A stretch of DNA of 62,576 bases, filler included, from Pirum gemmata (taxonomy: Eukaryota): the NCBI GenBank assembly GCA_002812295.1. It is 20 parts of 20 records of this genome, joined end to end, with 100 filler letters (N's around TTAATTAATTAA, not from the genome) between each part and the next. Parts side by side here need not be neighbours in the genome. Positions count along the whole stretch, not along the records: positions 50,810 to 53,663 come from PDIN01004278.1; positions 53,764 to 56,629 come from PDIN01004279.1; positions 56,730 to 59,620 come from PDIN01004280.1; positions 59,721 to 62,576 come from PDIN01004281.1; 16 more parts are not named here. The stretch is one strand, 5' to 3'. Position numbers and translations under genes: made by a program. Below the pieces are notes generated by a model, which was not told where the DNA came from, did no database searches, and was given only the letters and a program-made list of their open reading frames with translations. Shown here in pieces: positions 52,501 through 62,576 of this stretch (positions are counted from its first letter, which is position 1; the number at the start of each line of letters is the position of its first letter).

Positions 52501-52896
52501 TAACTCGATCAAAAATTAATTTTTTGAAAAAAAAAAAAAAAAAAANNNNNNNNNNNNNNNNNNNNNNNATACCACTATAAAAATATAAGCTTGAAATTTT
52601 CGAAACTATTTATTTATTAATAAACTCGAGAAAAAATTAATTTCAAACAGACCAAACAGACCAGAAATTCTGTTCGGCAGAAATCGAGCTTTTCGGAGCA
52701 GAAGGCAGAAGCAGAAAGTCGAGTTTTAGGGGCAGAATTCGGACTACTAATATCGTGCTTTTCATTTATTTTCTCACTCTAAATATTTATTTGGTAGGTT
52801 ATAATATTTAAATTGACATTTTTAGATAATAAATATACTTGGAATGTTTTCTCCATAGACCCCTAGCTAGACTATGATTTCAAATCGTGTGATATT

Positions 52897-52974
52897 ATAA
52901 GTATATTATAGTGGTTTCCAGTTATTTTGTCATAATACAAAAGAAAGGTTTCTGGTTCGATTCTCCGAGGGAGA
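52897..52974 (+). pseudogene. Possible degenerate tRNA(Asp)-like sequence or SINE head
   Basis: TATAGTGGT (A box), TGTCA, GGTTCGATTCTCCGAGGGAG (B box and 3' end); the stems do not pair well. Confidence 0.3.
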
Positions 52975-53774
52975 TTTTCGTTGTATTGTGTGTAAATAGT
53001 CTGTGTATGATTAATTGTGTTTCGGTTTGTGTTGTAGTTGATCAAGTTACTCTGCATGGGATTTGCAGGGGGAGTTGTCTGAGAGATGAGGACCTCAAAG
53101 CCTTCTTTTGTTAAACCTGGGGAACTGAGTGGGGATAATTTGGAGGTCTTCTACTGTATTTCTGAGTTCTTGTGTATTGTTGCCATTAAAATTATTATTA
53201 TTTAACCGACCGATGTGTTTGATCTTTAATCATTATTTCCAAGTAATTATCATTTTTTAGAAATAATTGTTTATAGTAATTGTTTACACTATCACTATCT
53301 GACAAAGCGCTAGCTTTTGTTATCCCCAGGTTTAACACATAATAAAATATACAATAAAAAGTATCAAATTAAAACAATATAATACCATTTAATTTTATTT
53401 CGTATATTTTATTATCTATGTATTAATAAAAAAAATGTCAATTTAAATATTATAACCCACCAAATTAATATTTAAGAGTAACAAAATAAATGAAAAGCAC
53501 AATATATTATGATAAATAACAGTCAGTTTTTCCAAGAAGACCTGTCTTGGTTCCATATTATAATAGGAGGTTATGACATCCCCTTTGGCAGAAATTTGGA
53601 GATAGGTTACAAAAGGAATTGAGATGGCAAAACTTATTACTTAAAATAGATATTTATATCCTTNNNNNNNNNNNNNNNNNNNNNNNNNNNNNNNNNNNNN
53701 NNNNNNNTTAATTAATTAANNNNNNNNNNNNNNNNNNNNNNNNNNNNNNNNNNNNNNNNNNNNGTGTTGTGGCT

Positions 53775-53937
53775 AGGGTAAGAGTTAAGGTTAAGGGGTC
53801 AGGGTTAAGGTTTAAGGTTTAAAGTTTATGGGTTATGGGTTATGCGTTATGCGTTATGCGTTATGCGTTATGCGTTATGGCTTATGGCTTATGGCTTATG
53901 GCTTATGGCTTATGGCTTATGGCTTATGGATTATGGC

Positions 53938-53977
<40 letters not shown>

Positions 53978-55000
53978 CCTTATGGCTTAGGGTTTAAGGT
54001 GTTGAGGGTGTTGAGGGTGTTGAGGGTGTTAAGGGTTAAGGGTTAAAGGGGTCATTAGGTGGTTGGTGGTTTAGGTGGTTGGTGATTTAGGTGGTGGTTA
54101 GGTGGCGGTTAGGTGGTGGTTTAGGTGGCGGTTTAAGTGGTGGTTAGGTGGCGGTTAGGTCACTCATCATCAAACAAATTAATAAATACAATATAGCAAC
54201 CCTAACCCTAACACTAACCCTAACACTAACCCTAACCCTAACACTAACCCTAACCCTAACCCCAACCCCAACCCCAACCCTAACCCTAACCCTAACCCTA
54301 ACCCTAACCCCTAAACCTAAACCTAAACCTAAACCTAACCCCTAACCCTAACCCTGATCCTAAATTTAACCGTAACCGTAACCGTAACCGTAACCGTAAC
54401 CCTAATCCTACCCCTACCCCTACCCCTATCCCTACCGCCTAACCCTAACCCTAACCCTAACCCTAACCCTAACCCTAACCCTAACCCTAATCTTAAACCC
54501 TAAACCCTAACCCTAATCCTAATCTTAAACCCTAAACCCTAACCCTAACCCTAACCCCAAATCACCCTAATAACCCTAACCCTAAATCACCCTAATAACC
54601 CTAACCCTAACCCTAACCCTAGTAGTAACCCTAATAACCCTAACCCTAACCCTATAGCTAACTACGTATACCCTAATCTAACCCTAACCTACCCTAACCT
54701 AACCCTAACCTAACCCTAACTAACCTAACCCTACTAACCTAACCCTAGCCTAACCTAATTATAACACTAACTACCCTAAGCCTAACCTAACCTAACCCTA
54801 ACTACCATAACCCTAACTACCCTAACCCTAACCTAACCTCACCCGAACCCTAACCCTTACCAACCCTAACACCAACACTAATTATAACCCTAACATTAAC
54901 CCTAACCATAAGCTAACTATAATAACCCTAACCCAACTCTAAGGTTAAAACCCAAACCCTATTTAAAATTAACCCAATCCTAATCCTAATTATAAGAACC
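53775..55000. repeat. Large compound telomere-variant array: G-strand variants (TTATGCG, TTATGGC, TTATGGA, GGGTGTTGA, TTAGGTGG) then C-strand (CCCTAA, CCGTAA, CCTAA)
   Basis: Direct reading; polarity switches at about 54160-54198. Confidence 0.9.
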
Positions 55001-55182
55001 TTAGCTCTAATAATAACTCTAACCACAAATCTAACCCCAACTGGCCATAATCCTAAATCTAACTCTTACCATAACTCTTAAATCTAACTCGTAACACGAA
55101 TGGTGTACCTAAAGACTTAGCAGCAACAGCAATGGAGATATTGGCGTTTAAAGAAAGCCTAGAGACCTGAGTCACTACCTGC

Positions 55183-55555
55183 CCCTAATTAACTTTGACC
55201 CAAACCCTTTTTTATACCCTAACTCTAACCTTAATCCTAACCCATAATCCTAACCTTAAAACCCTAATTATAACCCTAACTTTGCCACCCTAACCTCTTA
55301 ATTAATCTTTATCTTTGACCCAAACCCTTTTATACCCTAACTCTAACCTTAATCCTAACCCATAATCCTAACCTTAACCCTAATTATAACCCTAACTTTG
55401 CCACCCTAACTTCTTAATTAATCCTTATCTTTGACCCAAACCCTTTTATACCCTAACTCTAACCTTCATCCTAACCCATAATCCTAACCTTTTAATCCTA
55501 ATTATAACCCTAACTTTACCACCCTGACCTCTTATGATAATTAATCCTTATCTTT
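55183..55555. repeat. About 118-bp tandem repeat, three copies, built from degenerate CCCTAA-like units
   Basis: TTTGACCCAAACCC recurs at about 55194, 55313 and 55430. Confidence 0.85.
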
Positions 55556-56855
55556 ATCAGTCTAACTTTTTTGTTTGATTGTAAAAAAAAAAACATTTTG
55601 CTATTTTTTTTTTATTTATTTATGATATATTATAATATTATATCATTATCATAAAAAAATAAACTTTGAAAAATATGATTGACACTTGGTTGATGATAGC
55701 TAAATAATGCATTAAAATCTATCCCTTTTTCCGTCTCGACCTCATAAAAAATATTGAAGAATGCTATCGAGACAATAACTAGTAAAATTTTAATGTTCTT
55801 TTTAGCTTTCCTTGCAATTTAAATTTCTTTTCCTTAATACCATTTAGTCTATTAGTAACAATAACAATAAAAATATTAATAACAATAACAATAACAATAA
55901 CAATATATTAATTAATAACAATAACAATAACAATAACAATAACAATATATAACAATACAATATAACAATAACAATAACTATAACTATAACAATAACAACA
56001 ATGACAATAACAATAACAATAACAATAACAATAAATAACAATAACAATAAAAATACAACAATAACAATAATAAAAATAAAAATAAAAAATAAAAATAAAA
56101 ATAACAACAACAATAACAATATGATAATAAAAATAAAAATAAAAATAACAATAACACAATAATAACTAGTAGCTAGCTAGCTAGAGTAGTCTGGAGTAGA
56201 CTAGCTAGCTATCATGATAGTAGACCTGCCCTCATCAACAACCCATATATTACCATAAGAAGACAGAATTTCCAAATATATATATATATATATAATTATA
56301 TACCTATTTATGTAAGCATTATAACCAAAAAAAGAAACTTGTAACATGTTTTACCATATATGGTTCCGGCGGGACCAGCTAGAGTATTGTGCTTTTATAT
56401 AAACAAAAAAGAGTACCAAATTAATACAATATAAACCCATTTAATTTAATTTGGTATATTTTATTATCTATTTATTTTTTTAAAAAGTATCAATTTAAAT
56501 ATTATAAACAACCAAATAAATGAGCTACCGACAGTGCCCACTGCCCTCTGGAGTTTGCACTAGCTAGGGAGTCTACAGTGAGTCTGCAGAAGAGGGATGA
56601 CATGACGTCATAATACTAATACCAACCTANNNNNNNNNNNNNNNNNNNNNNNNNNNNNNNNNNNNNNNNNNNNTTAATTAATTAANNNNNNNNNNNNNNN
56701 NNNNNNNNNNNNNNNNNNNNNNNNNNNNNAAAATTAAAAAATAATAAACAAAAGGAGTATAAATAGAGTTCAGGCCTTTTTGGTGAATAAGCAAATAATA
56801 AAGGAAGAAATATAAAGAACACTTTTAAATGAATTAAAACAAAATAAAAATACAA

Positions 56856-57211
56856 ATGACGTTAAAAATTGTAAGCGAACTGAAACATAGGTTTGGGAGT
56901 GCATTTGGTTATAATGATACAAAAACAAGTAGCAACACAAACAATAAGACAACAGAAAACAATAAAATTACCAAAAGCGCAAAAGAAGAGATCATCAATA
57001 ATGAGGTAACTCAAGATCTTCCTTCAGCCGCCCAAAAAGGGTTGAATTCATTTGAAAATTTCTTACCTGCGAACAGTGTAGACATGTACCATCATCATCA
57101 AGAACATACACGCCACCAAATACCCACATTAGTAACCCCACAACCTCCTAGACTAAGATCATTTTTTGTCCCCAATAGTTTGGATGAAAAAAATATAGGA
57201 AAATATCAACT

Positions 57212-57245
<34 letters not shown>

Positions 57246-57504
57246 CCACAAATAAGAATAATTACAGATAACAGTAGTGATGAAGATGAAAATCAGGAAT
57301 ACAACAATGAGCGTGATGATGATGATGATGACGATGATGATGATGACGACGATGATGATAACTCTGCCACCCAACAGCATAGTCTTAATAGATTTGAAAA
57401 CTTTTTACCTAGTGATAGTGTTGATATGTATCATCATCATCAAGAAGAACATGGATTTGGTAACGAAGAAGTTAACAGGGGTAGTGATAAACGTAATAGT
57501 AATG

Positions 57505-57537
<33 letters not shown>

Positions 57538-58370
57538 TTCATAAATTAAAAACTATGCGTTCGAGATCAACCGAAATTCCCGAAGTAAATAGTTTCGATA
57601 GTCTAGAAACTGTAATAGAAGAAGAAATAGAAACCCCAAATTCATCAGCACAAAAAAAATCGGTAACGTTTGATGTCGCCTTTGTTACCTGGACTTGGAC
57701 CAAAGAACAATACGAAAGAAAAGGTAACATAGGTCCATGTATGGGTCAACTTAATGCTGAACAAATGAGAAATGAAATTGATGATTTTAAAGAGTTTGAA
57801 ATGAAAGTACATCCAGATAGTGCACGCCATACCCTTATCTACCGTAAAAATCGTGAAAAACGAACACAATACGAAATCAAAAAGCAACAATTTTTTAGGA
57901 GACAAGCTTACGAAAATACTTTATACCGTAGAAGGTTAATGGAATATATTAAAGGATTGTTTAGTGGACGTATTAAAAATGAGTCTTTGTTTAACTATTT
58001 AGTTAGTGTCCAGGATGCCAATGAGCCCATCGACACTAGTGTTTTTCCTATTCAAAGTAATACTGATTTGGGTCCGGAACTGTATTATGCTTATATTATT
58101 GCACAGAGGAAACATAAATTGGCAATGTCAAAGCAAGAGAAAGCAAACAAGGAGAATGCAACAAATAGTGAGATCGATGTATGTGTCACTAATATTGAAA
58201 ATGTTTGTTCTGTGGTTAATTCGCCTGTTAATAATATTTCTACTATCACTACTCCTACTCCTAATAATTATTTTAATAATAAGAATCCTAATGAGAGTAT
58301 CAAACAAGCAGAAAGTAAATTACTTTCTTTAAGTGAATCAGATTTTCTCACTATACATTGTATATGTTAG
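56856..58370 (+). CDS. PP1 regulatory subunit with a PHACTR/Bni4-type PP1-binding domain
   Basis: KKSVTF (RVxF)...TWTKEQYERKG...LNAEQMRNEIDDFKEFEMKVHPDSARHTLIY matches the PHACTR/Bni4 C-terminal pattern (YDR...IRKELNEFK..EMEVH..SR..T.F). Confidence 0.75.
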
Positions 58371-59502
58371 CTATTTATAATATTATTAAGTTTTAAGAAA
58401 ATAAAACAATTTTAATAAAATATTGTGGTATAAAAATTTATATTATATATAATAGTCAGGGTTAGGGTTAGGGTTAGGGTTGAAAAAGTGGTTAGGGTTA
58501 AGGTTAGGGTTAATGAAGTTTTCCTTGGATTACATTATAGCCCAATACCGTAGTTAAATTCAGGTTAAAAAGTAATCAAAACCCATATTATTGGCATCCA
58601 AAAAACTTACAAATATTATATAGGTTTTACAAAGTTACTGATTTATGCATAATATTATGTATAATATTTATAATATATATTGAGTAAAAAAATATAACAA
58701 TTTTATTTTTGCTATAAATATATAATATATAATTTTATACTACTTTGACTTATTTGACTTATTTGACTTCTAAGCATTTTTTAGTAATGAATCCATTTTT
58801 TTTTTACTATGATATTACCAGATGATAATACCATTAGTAGCCCAAACCCTAACACTCCCTTACCCTGACCCTAACCCTGACCCTAGTTTACTAGTATCTT
58901 AACAATTTTTCTGCTAGGTCTACTAGCTAGTAAAATAGCTATACGTACCTAGCTAAACTTTCCAAAGAAGTCTTTGGAAGCACTGAGATCACTATCTGAG
59001 TTAGTTCTGAGATCAAACACTCCTAAAGTCTACATAATAATATACAGTCTAGACTCTACAGCTCTGTGAAAGCAAAATATCTTCTATTTCATTACAGTTG
59101 TTCTCCCAATCTTTAATTTGGAATTGTTTGAGTGTATAATTGAACTTATTTATAAAATACAACATTATAAGTATAAAATTCTAAATTAATTAAAACATAG
59201 CTGATAGTTTAACCATAATAATAATTTGGTACGTTTATTTCAGTTTTTGGACTGGACAACACTACTCAGCAACACTACTGATCCAAACTTTATTGGTGCG
59301 TCTTTATCTAAAAAAGGAGCTGTTTTCCAAATATGTAGTCTTTTAAAGTACTATTTACCAAATATGATTCAATAAGTAAGAACTAAAACTTGTCTGGGTG
59401 CGTCTTTTTTAAATTTAGTAGTAATATTTTCAAATGGGCATGGAATATATATTTTTTTTTAAAAAAAACCATTTATATCACTTTGCCTTCGCCGACCTAG
59501 CT

Positions 59503-59568
<66 letters not shown>

Positions 59569-62200
59569 CTTGTATTTTAACTGCCAATACTACTACGGTA
59601 TTTATAATATAAAGTTACTANNNNNNNNNNNNNNNNNNNNNNNNNNNNNNNNNNNNNNNNNNNNTTAATTAATTAANNNNNNNNNNNNNNNNNNNNNNNN
59701 NNNNNNNNNNNNNNNNNNNNTTTTTTTTTTAACAAGAAGAAAAAAAGTTTTTTACAAAAGTTTTTTAAGAAAAAAAAAAAAAAAAAGAGTTTTTCCAAAG
59801 GTTATTATTTTATGGTGGCTTTTACCAAATTTCATTGGACAGATGTATTCATATGGAAAATTAGAGTTCCGCTGTCACCTATTTTTTTAAAAGGTAATTT
59901 TAGCTTTGATTTTGTAAAAATAACCACAATTTTTTTTTTGATATTTTCACGGCCCGTGATATTTTTCATAAATTTTATACGGCTCGCTTGAAAAAATTAA
60001 TAATAATTACGGGCTTTTCGAGAAAAATAAAAATGACATCATAGTCACATCTGACTAAAAAAAAAAAAAAAAATCATAGTCACCTCTGACAAAAAAAAAA
60101 AAAAAAAAAAAACTACCATGGTATTGTGCATACTACTTTTAAATAAGTGCTCAATGCATACTATCATATCGTAATATCTATAGAATATATATATATATAT
60201 AATATTAGTGACAATAATAACTAATTATAATAATTTATACAGATAATTTATATATAGTATGATATTAGTATCACTATAGTATCTTAGCTATAGTAGCTTC
60301 TATGACTCTACTACTAGTAGGTAGAGTAAGTATAAGTAATTTATCGATATAAGCTTTTTAAGGTATTATAAATAATAAGTTTTTTTTAAAAGTAATTTGT
60401 GGTGAAAAATTAATAATAATCGATGATTCGATATATTATATATATCATAAATTATCATAAAATTTAATAGCCTTGACTACTTCAGCATGTATTCATAGCA
60501 GTGGAACAAATCAACAATATAACATCAACTAATCATAACATTAATGTTATATACATGTGTATACGATAATTATATTTATACAAAAAGAAAATAATTAATA
60601 TTTTATAATATTAATTAATATATATTATATTGCATAGTTATGTTGGTCTACCGAATTAATTGTAATTGGTTTTATATCATTTAATAACTATATAAAAAGA
60701 AAATGATATTTTTATTCTGCATAGGTTGGTTGTATAGGTTGGTCTACTGGTATTAATTGTAATTGGTTTTATTTTGCTTATGCATAATTATAATATTAAT
60801 AATTATTATATAACTTATAAATTATAAGATTATTGGTGTTAATTAACGTTTTTTTATTCATTACATTAATACATCTAGATCTACTAGTGAATATATGTAA
60901 AAATGATCAATGTATTTTATTTGTAGTTCATTGCTATAGCTAGCGCTATNGGTTTTATTTTGCTTATGCATAATTATAATATTAATGATTATTATATAAC
61001 TTATAAATTATATGATTATTGGTGTTAATTAACGTTTTTTTATTCATTATATTAATACATCTAGATCTACTAGTGAATATATGTAAAAATGATCAATGTA
61101 TTTTATTTGTAGTTCATTGCTATAGCTAGCGCTATCAATAATATTTTAATATAAAATTAATTATGTATTGTAGTTTATTGTTGTTTTTATATAATATTAT
61201 TAGCATATGATACATATATGATATACATATAAATATTACTATTAATACAACGTTTTTCAGAGGATTGTTATGCCCATAAATTTCCAAAAGACCCAAATCT
61301 GGTTCCATATACCGGCATCTAATATTGCTATTTTAAAATAAAAATTTATAAATGTAATTATAACGCATAAACAATGCATAGACCTATATTATTTACTACC
61401 GGTATAATAAAAAGAAAAAATTATTAACTCAATAATCACTAGCTAGTATAGATAGGTAGTATTAATATCAATATCATAAATAAACTGTAAATAATCACTA
61501 GCTAGTAGCTAGTAGTAAATAAACTGTAAATAATCACTTGTATCAATAATAATAATAAATAGAATGGGTGCCTCACTGGAGTCACTGCCTCCTTCAAGTT
61601 CAAGTTGTGTACCTGGTACTCTCGTGTGTGGTCATAGTATCGTGAATCGTGATATATGCTCTCCTCCACGTTGTTTCATTTTTTGGCCGTTTTTTTTTTT
61701 GGAACGAGAAAAATTTTATAAACCAATTTGCACTTTGTTTCCTTTCTCTACTCTATCCCTACCTAGCTATCCCTACTACTAGCTAGCTAGAGCTCTAGCT
61801 AGTAGCTATTCCCTACTAGCTAGCTAATATCTGATAGCTGGAGTAGGGGTGAGATGACGTCATTTTATTATTACTGAATAGCTGCCGGAACTCTAGCTAG
61901 CTAGCTAGTAGCTAGTAGGCTATCATTGTATCAATACTCTCTCTAGCTAGCTAGCTAGTAGCTAGATACCCAAAGGAGGGATGAGATGACGTCATCTTAC
62001 CAATTGCACGCTCGGACCGGCGAACTTCCAGAAATTTGCCTAAAGTTACTATAAATAGTATAATAAACTCTTTTTAAAGTAACTACTTAAATAAGTAGCT
62101 ACTAAATAATTACAAATACTAAATATGGTAAGGTGAAACATTTACTTTGTGCCTCGGTCAAAAAAGTTCGCCATAAGAGTTCTCACCCCTCCTATACCCA

Positions 62201-62530
62201 GGCTAGCTAGATACCGGTAGTGCTCTAATAATAATAATCTATTTTTATAGTCTAGCTAGCTACTAGCTAGCTAGTAGCTAGAGTACTGGTAGTAGTAGTA
62301 CCGGTAGCTAAAAATGGCAGAGTAGTAGTAGCTAAAAATGGCAGTAGGGTTAGGGTTAGGCTGCTAGCTAGCTAGTAGCTAGTAGCTAGCTAGTATCCTG
62401 ATAGCTACTAGCTAGTTATGATATCTGATAGAGCTATCATCTACTACTATCATGATACCTGTCTACTATCATACTTTGTAATCGATGGCTTAGCTAGCTA
62501 GTAGCTAAGCAGCCTAAGCTACTACTATAC
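62201..62530. repeat. Dense TA-punctuated compound array
   Basis: TA-GTC-TA-GC-TA-GC-TA-C-TA-GC-TA-GC-TA-G-TA-GC-TA-GAG-TA-CTGG-TA-G-TA-G-TA-G-TA-CCGG-TA-GC-TA. Confidence 0.85.
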
Positions 62531-62576
62531 TTTTAAAATACTATGGTGGACGCAACTTATACATAACAGTATCTGC

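Noticed and set aside
54100..54260. Telomere-telomere fusion site (G-strand repeats facing C-strand repeats)
   Set aside because: Such tracts occur in both orientations in most contigs, and the G-strand side is mostly non-canonical, so it is not diagnostic.
60765..61135. 185-bp tandem duplication
   Set aside because: Near-identical copies meet at a single N (60950), typical of unmerged allelic overlap; likewise 2793-3105.

Overview
This is AT-rich eukaryotic nuclear DNA with spliceosomal GT-AG introns, CTAAC branch points and TTAGGG repeats. It is not one locus. About 20 unrelated small contigs (mostly 2.8-2.9 kb) are joined by 19 artificial 100-bp linkers (N44-TTAATTAATTAA-N44), so gene neighbourhood across linkers means nothing. 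The gene content suggests a unicellular opisthokont, most plausibly a holozoan such as an ichthyosporean; this is inference only. Recognisable genes: a STELLO/DUF288 glycosyltransferase-like protein, exon 1 of RPB1, a 2-exon NDFIP, an EGF/Cys-rich-LRR-TM receptor with ITIM-like and YxxM tail motifs, a 3xCBM1-7TM protein, a Kazal/VWC-like type I membrane protein, a PHACTR/Bni4-type PP1 regulator, a spliced secreted protein resembling a bacterial tail-fibre-like domain, and a decayed LINE ORF1 with a foldback. Non-coding DNA is dominated by at least six MITE families, dispersed telomere-like repeats, and unusual TA-punctuated arrays (TA-GC-TA-GTC-TA-CCGG-TA...) that look like stacked transposon excision footprints. 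All family assignments come from motif recognition by eye, not database searches.
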